Assembly (NCBI GenBank): GCA_011364965.1
Contig: RDOB01000002.1
Coordinates: forward strand, 260,554 to 324,553
Length of the DNA: 64,000 nt
Direction of reading: 5' to 3'
Origin: Candidatus Heimdallarchaeota archaeon
GTDB lineage: Archaea; Asgardarchaeota; Heimdallarchaeia; Hodarchaeales; Hodarchaeaceae
Shown: positions 9,164-18,516 of the stretch, piece after piece
Layout: every line of letters begins with the position of its first letter
Numbering within the stretch: the stretch's first letter is position 1
Translations under genes and position numbers: made by a program
Notes under the pieces: generated by a model
Told to the model about the DNA's origin: nothing
Seen by the model: only the letters and a program-made list of their open reading frames with translations
The model's database searches: none

Positions 9164-9499
9164 ATGGTAAGTTTTTGTGAAAATTGCGGATCATTACTAG
9201 TTCCTGAAAGAAATGGTTCTGGAAAAATCACCTTAGTCTGTAAAATTTGTAAGAAAGAGTCGAAAGAGAAATTTAGAGATTCCTCTTATCAGATTTCTAG
9301 TAAAATAAAACACACAGAGAAAGATCTTCTAACCGTTATTGAAGAAGACTTCGATATCCGTCCTATTACCAAAGTTGGTTGTCCTAGATGTAATAATAAC
9401 GAAGCTAGATATTGGGAAGCAGAAGACCGTAGGAAAGAAGAATGGGAAACAACGACATATTATAAATGTACCAAATGTGGCTGGGTTTGGTCTGAATAA
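9164..9499 (+). CDS. TFS/RpoM-family double zinc-ribbon protein (transcript-cleavage factor paralogue with a divergent hairpin)
   Basis: N-terminal ribbon FCENCGSLL...CKICK. C-terminal ribbon CPRCNNNEARYWEAEDRRKEEWETTTYYKCTKCGWVW. I prefer ATG at 9164 (MVSFCENCG) over the GTG at 9155 used by the ORF track. Confidence 0.7.
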   Translation: MVSFCENCGSLLVPERNGSGKITLVCKICKKESKEKFRDSSYQISSKIKHTEKDLLTVIEEDFDIRPITKVGCPRCNNNEARYWEAEDRRKEEWETTTYYKCTKCGWVWSE

Positions 9500-9513
9500 A
9501 TACCGATCTAAGA

Positions 9514-10197
9514 TTATATAAGAGGATTCGGGGGAAATTTAATAGTTAAAAGATCCTCAATCTTTTTTCGTAGTTCTAAGAATGAATAACCTTCGTTACG
9601 AAGAGTTAAATCAAAATTTTTCTTATCACGAAAGGAAATTTTGTAAATTCTTTCCAAACGAGTACCATCAGTCTTATCACGATGCTTAATACGCTTTACT
9701 AATTCCTCTTGATCCATGTTAAATTCCGCTCTAGTTGGGTCATGTGAAATTCTGTAAGCTATTACTTTTGCTGCCACCTCAAGCCAGATTGTGAGTCCAT
9801 TTTGTCCGATAGCAAATGGAGCCATTCTTCCTACAAATATTCCTCCTTCTAATAAAGCTGTTTTTAAAGCGTGTTTCTCTATCTCAATATCAACTTTTTC
9901 AGCAAACTGTTTATCCTGCGTTTCTTTGATATGATTCATAAATTCGTCTAATCTTTTCTCTTCCCAGCCTGATTCTATTGCAATTTTTCTAACAAACTCT
10001 CCAGCTCCTGTAATTTTCAAATCCATAGCATGCTGTTTAAGGAAAAACTCATGCACAAATCTAGCTACAGTATCCTTACCCGTTCCCGAAAATCCTCCAA
10101 TAGCGATAATCGGGGTTTTTCTTGATAAAATTTGCGGTTTAAACTTTTTAAAAAGCTGTAATTCATAATCTCTCAAAAGAGGGATATAGGTACCCAT
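9514..10197 (-). CDS. cmk: archaeal-type cytidylate kinase-like P-loop kinase
   Basis: 227 aa. P-loop is IAIGGFSGTGKDT. The ...SAGEFVRKIA..., ...GRMAPF..., ...IWLEVAAKVIAYRI... layout parallels archaeal CMK (ISG-PGSGKTT, GE-FR, GRLAGW, IWL-AP---RA-RI). Confidence 0.55.
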   Translation of the reverse strand: MGTYIPLLRDYELQLFKKFKPQILSRKTPIIAIGGFSGTGKDTVARFVHEFFLKQHAMDLKITGAGEFVRKIAIESGWEEKRLDEFMNHIKETQDKQFAEKVDIEIEKHALKTALLEGGIFVGRMAPFAIGQNGLTIWLEVAAKVIAYRISHDPTRAEFNMDQEELVKRIKHRDKTDGTRLERIYKISFRDKKNFDLTLRNEGYSFLELRKKIEDLLTIKFPPNPLI

Positions 10198-10212
10198 TAG
10201 GAGTTCATCGAC

Positions 10213-10992
10213 CTATTTTCCAAATTCGGGCTTTCTTTTATTTAAAAAGGCATCCACACCTTCTTTCATATCATTATGTGCAAAGCACAGAGCAAAAAGT
10301 TCTAACTCCATTCTAACTGCATCAGATATGGCCATTTGTGTACCTCGATTTACAGCTTCTTTTGCCATATTTAAAGCAAACGAAGGTCCTTCAGCCAAAT
10401 TTTCAGCGAGTTTTTGAACAACTGAATCCAATTCTTCTTGGGGAACAACTTTGTTTACAAGATTAACTTCATAAGCTCTCTTTGCATTAATATTATTACC
10501 AGTAAATATCAATTCCTTAGCGATTCCTGTCCCTACAATTCTTGATAACCGCTGAGTTCCTCCGGCACCTGGAATAAGCCCTAATTTAATCTCTGGTTGA
10601 CCAAGGATAGCTGTTTCACTAGCAATCCTAATATCAGCTCCCATCGCTAATTCTAAACCTCCTCCTAAACAATAACCGTTTATTGCTGCAATTACTGGCA
10701 TTGGAAGATCCTCTAGCATGTTGATTACAGCTTGAAGATTTAAAACGAGATTACGAATGGTAACTGGAGTTTTGTTTTTAAATGCAGTGATATCAGCTCC
10801 AGCTACGAATGCTTTAGTACCAGCACCCTTTAAAATCACCACTCTAGTATCAGATGATTTTTTGATATCATTAAGGCAAAAAATCAATTCCTCAATGGTT
10901 TCTAAATTTAGAGCATTCAGGGCTTTTTCTCTATTAATAATTATGGTTGTAATATTATCCTCTGTCTTTACAATTAGATTTTTGTACTCCAT
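10213..10992 (-). CDS. enoyl-CoA hydratase (crotonase family)
   Basis: 259 aa. Motifs KAFVAGADI and GYCLGGGLELAMGADIRIA are classic crotonase oxyanion-hole motifs. Confidence 0.85.
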   Translation of the reverse strand: MEYKNLIVKTEDNITTIIINREKALNALNLETIEELIFCLNDIKKSSDTRVVILKGAGTKAFVAGADITAFKNKTPVTIRNLVLNLQAVINMLEDLPMPVIAAINGYCLGGGLELAMGADIRIASETAILGQPEIKLGLIPGAGGTQRLSRIVGTGIAKELIFTGNNINAKRAYEVNLVNKVVPQEELDSVVQKLAENLAEGPSFALNMAKEAVNRGTQMAISDAVRMELELFALCFAHNDMKEGVDAFLNKRKPEFGK

Positions 10993-11211
10993 GAAAAGAC
11001 CTCTGACTATTAAATAGGTGATACTCCCAAAGTGAAATTTAGTTTAAAATTCTCGTGTCCCACTTATTTTGAAATAAAAGGAACTTTATAATTCAATTAT
11101 CGGTTTTAAATTCCTTTGTCCAATTAGATTCTTACAAAAATTTATCTAGTTGCTACTTTTCTCGAAAAACTTTAAATTTGAAGATTTTTTATGAATTTGT
11201 TTTACTAAATT

Positions 11212-12675
11212 TCAAATTCGTTGTCTCCATTTGAAATAGTTAACTATATATCGAAAAGCATGAACCATACGCTCTGGAGAAGGGAATATAGGATAATCTT
11301 GATCTGAAAGATAATTAACTGCTGGGGAATTTTGGGATGTCAATAATGTGGTGATAAAAATTGGTTTGCAATATTCCTGTGATAGTCTAATTATTTCTTG
11401 AAAAAGCTTAATTTCAGCTTTAGAAATGAAATCCAAACTAATCTTTTGTTCATCCGGAATTAATGGGGATTCTTTAGCTAAATTAGCTAGGAATGAAAAT
11501 CCTCCAATCCCTAATAGAAAGATTGCCTCAACTACAGGCATTTCCTGTAAAATAATTTCTATTATGTCTCTGATTGTGTTTAAATTTAGGGATGCAACTG
11601 TATCAATTGGATTTCCTTTCGACCAAAAAGGCGGTAGCAAATTATTTATTTTTTCAAAAGCTTTCTCATTTAGCTGTTCAAGAATTATTCCATGCTTCGA
11701 GCATGAATCTGCAGCCATAACTCCCCATCCTCCACCAAGAGTTAAAATGACAACTTTTCCTCGTGGAAAGGACCAATTACCCCACCGAGAGAAAGCAAGT
11801 ACGAGATCGAACATCTCCTCGAGAGTTTTGATAACAACAGCGCCTGAGTTCTCAAGTACGTTTTGAAAGACTTGGTCGTCTCCAGTTATCGCTCCTGTAT
11901 GAGACATTGCAGCTTGACTCCCTGCTTTACTTCCTCCAGCCTTCAAAATAATAATTGGTTTCTTTTTCGAGATCTCTCTGACTAAATCAACAAAACGTCT
12001 CGCATCTTGTAGACCTTCAATATAAAGCCCAATAACTTTTGTTTTTTCATCATGGTTTCCGAAATATTCGAGATAATCGGACATTGTTAGATCAGCCATA
12101 TTTCCTGCCGAAACATATGCATTTAGTCCAATACCTCTCCTAGACGCAACAGAGATACCTATAGTACCAATGTTTCCTGATTGTGAAATAAAAGTCATTC
12201 CTCCAGATTTAAGTCCTTCAACTGGCCACATGACTGCAGTTAGATTCACACGAGTTGAGACAATCCCCATACCATTCGGGCCTATTAAGCGGATGTTATT
12301 ATTTCGAGCAAAATGAACGCATTCCTCTTCTAGCTTACGACCTTCCTCTCCAGACTCTTTGAAACCTGCTGTGATAATAACAATATGGTGAACCCCCCGT
12401 TCTTTAGCTTGTTCCAAAATTGAAAGTACAATATCAGCTTTTACTATAATAATAACTAGGTCGAGCTTGATATCCTTAGGGATATCCAATATAGTTGGAT
12501 AAGCTTTAACTCCCAAAATTTTCTTTTTACGAAGATTGATCGGAAAAAATTGTCCATCATAATTATTTCTGATTATATTGTGAGCAACAATGAATCCCCA
12601 TGATTGCAGTTGATCACTTGCACCTACTAGTGCTACTGTTCTCGGATTAAAAAATTTCTCAAGATTATTAGTCAT
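11212..12675 (-). CDS. ADP-forming acyl/acetyl-CoA synthetase, alpha subunit (CoA-binding plus phosphohistidine domains)
   Basis: 487 aa. NPRTVALVGAS is the CoA-binding N-terminus and AMSHTGAITG is the phospho-His loop. No ATP-grasp beta subunit is present in the window. Confidence 0.75.
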   Translation of the reverse strand: MTNNLEKFFNPRTVALVGASDQLQSWGFIVAHNIIRNNYDGQFFPINLRKKKILGVKAYPTILDIPKDIKLDLVIIIVKADIVLSILEQAKERGVHHIVIITAGFKESGEEGRKLEEECVHFARNNNIRLIGPNGMGIVSTRVNLTAVMWPVEGLKSGGMTFISQSGNIGTIGISVASRRGIGLNAYVSAGNMADLTMSDYLEYFGNHDEKTKVIGLYIEGLQDARRFVDLVREISKKKPIIILKAGGSKAGSQAAMSHTGAITGDDQVFQNVLENSGAVVIKTLEEMFDLVLAFSRWGNWSFPRGKVVILTLGGGWGVMAADSCSKHGIILEQLNEKAFEKINNLLPPFWSKGNPIDTVASLNLNTIRDIIEIILQEMPVVEAIFLLGIGGFSFLANLAKESPLIPDEQKISLDFISKAEIKLFQEIIRLSQEYCKPIFITTLLTSQNSPAVNYLSDQDYPIFPSPERMVHAFRYIVNYFKWRQRI

Positions 12676-12986
12676 TGAATGATATCCTCGTGATTTTTGA
12701 TTATGATTAGGTATTGTAAAGGAGTTAAAACGTTATTTTAGGGCTTTTAATATTAGCTTGTTTATTGTACAATATTCTTTTTTATTTGAATGCATTAAGA
12801 GGGTGGAAAGGATTTGAAATGCGTCCAACTATTATTTTTTTCTTTCCTAATACTCGATTTTATTAATTCCTCCAAAAGTCGCTGATAAGCATTGGGAATT
12901 CATGAATATACTTTTTCAGTTCTATTTCGTTATGTATAAAGTATTTATTATTAATATCTAAAGAGATTTACAAAATCCAAAAGCAA

Positions 12987-13005
12987 ATTAACTCTTCGAG
13001 TTAAT
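12987..13005. promoter_or_regulatory. perfect palindrome ATTAACTC-TTC-GAGTTAAT just upstream of the SDR gene RBS
   Basis: Read directly from the sequence: two 8-bp arms and a 3-nt spacer, 21-39 nt upstream of ATG 13026. GAGG at 13014-13017 is the likely RBS. Confidence 0.35.
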
Positions 13006-13025
13006 AAAATTAATGAGGTTTAGAG

Positions 13026-13814
13026 ATGGATCTAGGATTAAATCAAAAAGTAGCTTTGGTAGCTGCTTCTAGCAGAGGTTTAGGGAAAGCAGTTGCGTTT
13101 GCTTTAGCAAAAGAAGGGGCATCAATTATTTTATGTTCACGGAATGGCGATCAATTACTTTCTGTACAGGAAGATATAATGGAGTTAGGGGTTGATGTCT
13201 TAGCAATCCCTGCAGATTTGACTATATACACCGAGGTTAAGCACCTAGTTAAAGAGGCTTTGAATCATTTCGGAAAAATTGATATTCTTGTGACTAATTG
13301 CGGGGGTCCTCCCACAGGAGGTTTTTTAGACTTTTCTATAGATGATTGGGAGAAAGCTATTACTTTGAATTTGATGAGTACGATTTTTCTTTGTAAAGAA
13401 GTACTCCCTCAGATGATTCAAAGAAAACAGGGACGCATCATTATGATCGCGAGTATTTCCGTGAAGCAGCCTATTGATGGACTTATACTCTCCAATACTG
13501 TCCGTGCAGGAGTCGCTGGTTTAGCTAAAAGTCTTTCTAATGAATTTGGTAAAGATAATGTCTTGATAAATCTTGTTTGCCCAGGATACACAAAAACTGA
13601 GAGAGTTACACAACTTGCTTCAGTTATTTCGACAAAACGAAAAATATCTACGGACGAAGTAATCAACGAATGGGCCAGCCAAAATGCTTTAAACCGTTTA
13701 GCCACTCCAGATGAATTTGCTAATGTTGTTGTATTCTTAGCTTCTGAAAAAGCAAGTCATTTAACAGGAGTTTCAGTTCAGATTGATGGTGGATTTATTA
13801 AATCCCTTCTTTGA
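13026..13814 (+). CDS. short-chain dehydrogenase/reductase (FabG-like subfamily lacking the canonical YxxxK)
   Basis: 262 aa. Motifs VAASSRGLGKAVA (cofactor-binding Gly motif), NCGG and PGYTKTER. SNTVR occupies the position where YxxxK is expected. Confidence 0.8.
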   Translation: MDLGLNQKVALVAASSRGLGKAVAFALAKEGASIILCSRNGDQLLSVQEDIMELGVDVLAIPADLTIYTEVKHLVKEALNHFGKIDILVTNCGGPPTGGFLDFSIDDWEKAITLNLMSTIFLCKEVLPQMIQRKQGRIIMIASISVKQPIDGLILSNTVRAGVAGLAKSLSNEFGKDNVLINLVCPGYTKTERVTQLASVISTKRKISTDEVINEWASQNALNRLATPDEFANVVVFLASEKASHLTGVSVQIDGGFIKSLL

Positions 13815-13944
13815 AATGATTCAAGACATGCTTTATACATCTATTCAATTGTTAAGAAGTCACTTACTCCCTCATCCTTTTAATAGAATGTGGTGAATTT
13901 CTAAACTGCCATTACAAACAGTTCTATAATAGGTTGAATTCCAA

Positions 13945-15843
13945 GTGGCGCAGCTAGAAGTAATATTTCAAAACGAGAGTAATAAAACTCTTGTGTTGCT
14001 AGGTAATGAAGCAATCGCAAGGGGAATTATTGAATCGGGGGTTTCTGGTGTCTTTACGTATCCTGGAACACCAAGTTCAGAGATTCCCACAACACTCTAT
14101 GAGGCTCAGGATTTTTTAAAAAGTATAGGGTATAAATTATATCTAGAATGGAGTACAAATGAAGCTGTAGCCCTTGAGGCTGCTTTCGGTTTCTCATTCT
14201 CTGGACAACGTACAATTTTTATATCGAAACATGTGGGCTTAAATGTAGCTGCAGATGCATTTATGACTTTAGTTAATGCAGGAGTTAAAGGAGGCTTGGT
14301 TCTTATCATTGCTGAAGACCCTCATATGCATAGTAGCCAAAATGAGCAGGATAATCGCTGGTATACAAAATTAGCAAATGTTCCAATGTTTGAACCTTCA
14401 TCAGCTCAAGAAGCTAAAGATATGCTTAAGTCTGCGTTTGAACTAAGCGAGAAATTTGAAACTCCAGTAATACTTAGAACTGTAACTCGGATAGCGCATT
14501 CTCGTGCTGATATCGTGCTGGATTCGATTAAATTTCCAGAATGGGAAAAAGATATTTCACTTGAGATTGATCCTCGACGCTTTGTCTGTGTTCCAAGGAA
14601 CGCTCGGATGAACAAACAAAGAATACTCAATCTAACTAAAAGAATCTCAGAGGAGTTGGAATCCACAAAATGGAATGTTATGGAAACTGGTGATCAAGTA
14701 AATCATATATTCATAACTTGTGGTTCTGCTTATAACTATTTAAAAGAATTTCTGAATTTAGTCGGTCTTAATCCACCTATACTTAAAATTGGTATCTCTC
14801 ATCCATTTCCTAATAAAAAGATAAAAGAATATCTTGAAAGCTATCCTCACTCGGATTTAATTATTGTGGAGGAAGCAGATGATATTTTAGAAACCTTTGT
14901 GAAAAAGCTTGCTTTTGAAGTGAAGTTTAAGGGAGATATTTTTGGTAGAAGAGAAGGCGTTACACCTTCTTATGGGGAACTAACAACATATAAAGTATGG
15001 GAGGGGTTAATGAAAGTTTATCCAGGTATTCCCCCTCTTCCTATCATCCCTAATGATCGTCTTGAGCTTTTGATTAATCGTCCACCTGTTTTATGTCCAG
15101 GATGTCCTCATCGTGCTACTTTCTATGCTTTAAATAAAGCTGTAAGTAAGAAAAAACGAGTCGTATCTACTGATATTGGCTGTTATACTTTGGGAGCTGC
15201 ACCTCCTCTGAATACTGGTCACGTGGTGATTTGTATGGGTTCATCTGTCGGAATAGGATCTGGGTTGGCTCATATTGAAGGAAATAAAGAACCTATTATT
15301 GCTATCATTGGAGACTCAACTTTCTGGCATACTGGCCTCCCGGGTTTAGTGAATGCCGTCTATAACAAGAGTAAATTATTGTTACTCGCAGTAGATAATT
15401 CAGCAACAGCAATGACTGGATTTCAACCGAATCCTGGAGAGATACTTTCCATTGAGGCTGCTGCTAAAGGCGTGGGTGTTAAATATGTGGCTACAATTGA
15501 CGCGTTTAAACCAAAAGAATCAATCCCAATAATCAAAGAAGCAATTACCCACGAAGACGTATCTGTTATAGTATCTAAAGGAGAGTGCAGAATTCAGTAT
15601 GTTCGACGAGAAGGTTTACCAACAACAACGTTTTTTGTGGAATCAGAAAGATGCGTTGGTTGCCATACATGTGTTCGACTTATTGCGTGTCCTGCTATCA
15701 TGTGGTCAGGAATGATAAATTCTAAAGGTAAAGAAATCCCTGTAATTGATCAATCCCTGTGTGCCCGGTGTGGTTTATGTGCAGAAGTGTGTCCTTACGG
15801 AGTAATAGTATCCAAAGAAATTGAAAATGCTCTAGGTGATTAA
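13945..15843 (+). CDS. iorA: indolepyruvate:ferredoxin oxidoreductase alpha subunit
   Basis: 632 aa with a GTG start. TPP motif GDSTFWHTG. C-terminal 2x[4Fe-4S] motifs CVGCHTCVRLIACP and CARCGLCAEVCP. It is followed by iorB with an 8-nt overlap. Confidence 0.85.
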   Translation: MAQLEVIFQNESNKTLVLLGNEAIARGIIESGVSGVFTYPGTPSSEIPTTLYEAQDFLKSIGYKLYLEWSTNEAVALEAAFGFSFSGQRTIFISKHVGLNVAADAFMTLVNAGVKGGLVLIIAEDPHMHSSQNEQDNRWYTKLANVPMFEPSSAQEAKDMLKSAFELSEKFETPVILRTVTRIAHSRADIVLDSIKFPEWEKDISLEIDPRRFVCVPRNARMNKQRILNLTKRISEELESTKWNVMETGDQVNHIFITCGSAYNYLKEFLNLVGLNPPILKIGISHPFPNKKIKEYLESYPHSDLIIVEEADDILETFVKKLAFEVKFKGDIFGRREGVTPSYGELTTYKVWEGLMKVYPGIPPLPIIPNDRLELLINRPPVLCPGCPHRATFYALNKAVSKKKRVVSTDIGCYTLGAAPPLNTGHVVICMGSSVGIGSGLAHIEGNKEPIIAIIGDSTFWHTGLPGLVNAVYNKSKLLLLAVDNSATAMTGFQPNPGEILSIEAAAKGVGVKYVATIDAFKPKESIPIIKEAITHEDVSVIVSKGECRIQYVRREGLPTTTFFVESERCVGCHTCVRLIACPAIMWSGMINSKGKEIPVIDQSLCARCGLCAEVCPYGVIVSKEIENALGD

Positions 15844-16453
15844 GGTGGAGAAAACTCAAAAATTTGAAGTTTTTCTTTGTGGAGTGGGTGGACAAGGTAT
15901 TCTATCTATCACAGATATTTTATGCAACGCAGCGGTGAAAATGGGATTTCGTGTTAGAGGTTCAGAAACTCATGGTATGTCCCAAAGAGGAGGTACAGTG
16001 TTCTCAAATGTTCGTTTTGGAAATGTATATTCCCCTCTCTGTTTAGAACGAAATACTGACATTTTACTTGGTTTTGAGCCAACAGAAGCACTTAGATATG
16101 CTCATTTTGTCAAACCTGATGGTTATATTCTTGTAAATGTTCATCCAATACCCAGTCCAAGTTTTATTCTCTCAAAAGCTATTTATCCTGATATAAAAAT
16201 TGTTTTGAACTCACTTAAAGAATATTGTGCAAATACTATTCCTCTCAATGCAACAACTATAGCAATGGAGATGGGAAAAACAATCATTCAGAACATAATA
16301 ATGCTTGGAACGCTTTCAGCAATCCCTAGTCTCCCCTTATCAAGTGAGTCATTATTAGAAGCTCTAAGAGAGCAATTTGATCCAAAATACTTCGATCTAA
16401 ACAAAGAAGCTCTTGAAAGAGGGAGAAAAGAGTTTGAGAAAGGATTATCCTAA
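15836..16453 (+). CDS. iorB: indolepyruvate:ferredoxin oxidoreductase beta subunit
   Basis: 205 aa. The CGVGGQGI motif belongs to the 2-oxoacid:Fd oxidoreductase gamma/IorB family. It is translationally coupled to iorA. Confidence 0.8.
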   Translation: MIKVEKTQKFEVFLCGVGGQGILSITDILCNAAVKMGFRVRGSETHGMSQRGGTVFSNVRFGNVYSPLCLERNTDILLGFEPTEALRYAHFVKPDGYILVNVHPIPSPSFILSKAIYPDIKIVLNSLKEYCANTIPLNATTIAMEMGKTIIQNIIMLGTLSAIPSLPLSSESLLEALREQFDPKYFDLNKEALERGRKEFEKGLS

Positions 16454-16461
16454 GTCCTATT

Positions 16462-17082
16462 TTATTTATCTAAGTACAATCTTTGCTCCCATTCATCTAT
16501 TTTTTCCAGAATATCTTCCAAATATTTCACTTTTTTAATTTTAATTTCACGATTATAAGTAGCAACATCATATAGCAATCTTGAAGACTGACTTGTTTCA
16601 GAAAGAGCATCACGAAATTCTTCAATAAATTCAGGAATTCTTTCGGGTGATTTTTCCCAAAATCTTGAAATATTTTCTCTTAAAGACTCAATAACAATTC
16701 TAAGATCTCCTGCTTCGGAAACGGAAAGAATTGTGGTTGTTCTATCTTGAATTCTGTTCTTAATTTGATTTATTAATCTTGAAGCAGCATCATTTCGATT
16801 TTTCACGATTCCTTCAGTGATCCACTTCTCTACTACTACTTCAATCAATTGAAATAAGGCAACATCTTCATTTGCTTGTATTTCAGGAAGGTAGTGAAAC
16901 AAGCCTAATTTCGTAACTACAAGCCTAAAATTAGCACTAATGTACTGGTGTTCTTTATTTGTAAATTCAATCCGTTTAAGTAGATCTCTGAAATCTCTGA
17001 CGCTTAAACGACCAGCTTGGTATTCAATAGTAAGGTTTGGTTTTATTTTTTCACAAATTTCGTCAATCTTCACTCTAGGCAC
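16462..17082 (-). CDS. hypothetical helical protein
   Basis: 206-aa ORF with non-low-complexity, helix-rich composition. I recognise no motif. Confidence 0.45.
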   Translation of the reverse strand: MPRVKIDEICEKIKPNLTIEYQAGRLSVRDFRDLLKRIEFTNKEHQYISANFRLVVTKLGLFHYLPEIQANEDVALFQLIEVVVEKWITEGIVKNRNDAASRLINQIKNRIQDRTTTILSVSEAGDLRIVIESLRENISRFWEKSPERIPEFIEEFRDALSETSQSSRLLYDVATYNREIKIKKVKYLEDILEKIDEWEQRLYLDK

Positions 17083-17210
17083 CAGAAGTATAATTAAATC
17101 ATGATAATTTCCCGCGAAGTTCTATTAAGCTTTTCTTTTCTATAATTTTCATAGAGAAAAAAACTTTTAGCATCTTATGAGATTGAATCGGTCTTAAACT
17201 AAAATGAAAG

Positions 17211-17259
17211 AAAAAAATTAACAAAGAACTTGTCGAATTGGAGAGTATGCACTACTCTC
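17211..17259 (-). terminator. possible albA terminator: 7-bp hairpin followed by an oligo-T run on the minus strand
   Basis: GAGAGTA-TGCAC-TACTCTC at 17241-17259, 44 nt past the albA stop. On the minus strand it is followed by a T7 run (plus-strand A7 at 17211-17217). Archaeal termination uses oligo-T. Confidence 0.35.
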
Positions 17260-17302
17260 ATGCATTAGATAATCCCATCTATTCCTCTGTATTAATATGA
17301 AC

Positions 17303-17581
17303 TCAAATTTTAGTGATAGTGATTTCAATTGCACTTACGTTTGACAAGTTTCCTTCTCGTGTTTCGATTTGCTCAGTATCTATTTGAATATTTGTTACAT
17401 CGACGCGATCTTTCATAAAGCGCCGTCGTAAAACTTCAGCAACATCTACAGCCCGACTGATGGCTCTCCCGCGCGCTTTGAGAACTATTGCTTCTGCATC
17501 ACGATTGAACTGAGTTACGCAGGCCATTACATAAGCGGTCACTGGTTTATTTCCGATAAAAACAGTATTTTCCTCTGTCAT
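17303..17581 (-). CDS. albA: Alba DNA/RNA-binding chromatin protein
   Basis: 92 aa. [17 protein letters not shown]...[23 protein letters not shown] matches the Alba core almost motif for motif. Confidence 0.9.
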   Translation of the reverse strand: MTEENTVFIGNKPVTAYVMACVTQFNRDAEAIVLKARGRAISRAVDVAEVLRRRFMKDRVDVTNIQIDTEQIETREGNLSNVSAIEITITKI

Positions 17582-17736
17582 GATTGATTCACTCCATGTA
17601 TTCGGTTTAGGGTGGAATTCACTGAAATAATGTGTCGATTATTATTGAATATATAACTTGAAAAATCTTTCCAAAGTAGTTTCAATATTCTAGTTTCTTG
17701 ATTTTATTAATAATCACGAAGATACTGGTTCATTAT

Positions 17737-18369
17737 TTATAGAGGGTTATCTTGAATTCCAGTAAAGAAACCAATGAGATTAGCAACAATATGAACTACG
17801 AATGTAGTAGGAACAAGTATCAAAAACCATTCAATAGGCCATGGAACTATAGGATAAATAAAAATAAATCCTATCACCAAAAAACCAAGCTGATCAAGAA
17901 AGATAAATGTTTTTCCGCGTTCAATTCCACTACGACGCTTAATAAACGAACCCAAGATATCTCCAGTAAGACCCCCAAATGTTATTACAAATCCTATTAT
18001 TAAACCAGTACTGATAGGATTCTCTAAAATTTGATTCATTCTTAGGCTCCTTAAAACGCCAAATAGAAAACCATCTTGAACTAAAGAAAGATATTCAATA
18101 CGTAGTGTAATATTATTTTCCGGAATGAGACGAATTGGGAAGATAAAGCTTAGTAAGCCAAACAACCCCCCGATGATTGTTGACACTAGAACTCCAGCCC
18201 AAAATCCTCGAATGGTCTTTCCATCTCCAAGTAATCGGTTTCCGTCTCGCCAATAACGTCCTCCATCAATAGGGCGTCCTCCTCCTAAAACTGTTGGCGA
18301 AGCATTACCAAACCATAAAGGAAGCACAAATACTGCGCTATCGATAATGATTTGGACGATATCCGTCAT
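17737..18369 (-). CDS. carS: CDP-archaeol synthase (DUF46 family)
   Basis: 210 aa, polytopic. FGNASPTVLGGGRPIDGG...GDGKTIRGF matches the CarS signature region. Confidence 0.75.
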   Translation of the reverse strand: MTDIVQIIIDSAVFVLPLWFGNASPTVLGGGRPIDGGRYWRDGNRLLGDGKTIRGFWAGVLVSTIIGGLFGLLSFIFPIRLIPENNITLRIEYLSLVQDGFLFGVLRSLRMNQILENPISTGLIIGFVITFGGLTGDILGSFIKRRSGIERGKTFIFLDQLGFLVIGFIFIYPIVPWPIEWFLILVPTTFVVHIVANLIGFFTGIQDNPL

Positions 18370-18516
18370 TTCCAGATCAGCTCAAAATCAATTTCTGTTC
18401 ATCATACCGTAAAAAAGCGTACTACGATTCTAAAATACAATTACTTCTTTGAGAAAGATATTGATGTATTTTTTTTGGGTTGCTTTTTTGTGTTATGGAT
18501 TTATTATAACAGAATA

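Noticed and set aside
11426-11866. 146-aa ORF antisense to the ACD alpha gene. Similar antisense ORFs lie at 23719-24060 (in rfcL), 59234-59617 (in the M48 gene) and 13418-13705 (in the SDR gene).
   Set aside because: All are embedded opposite strongly supported genes, lack RBS-like sequences and have biased composition. I treat them as shadow ORFs.
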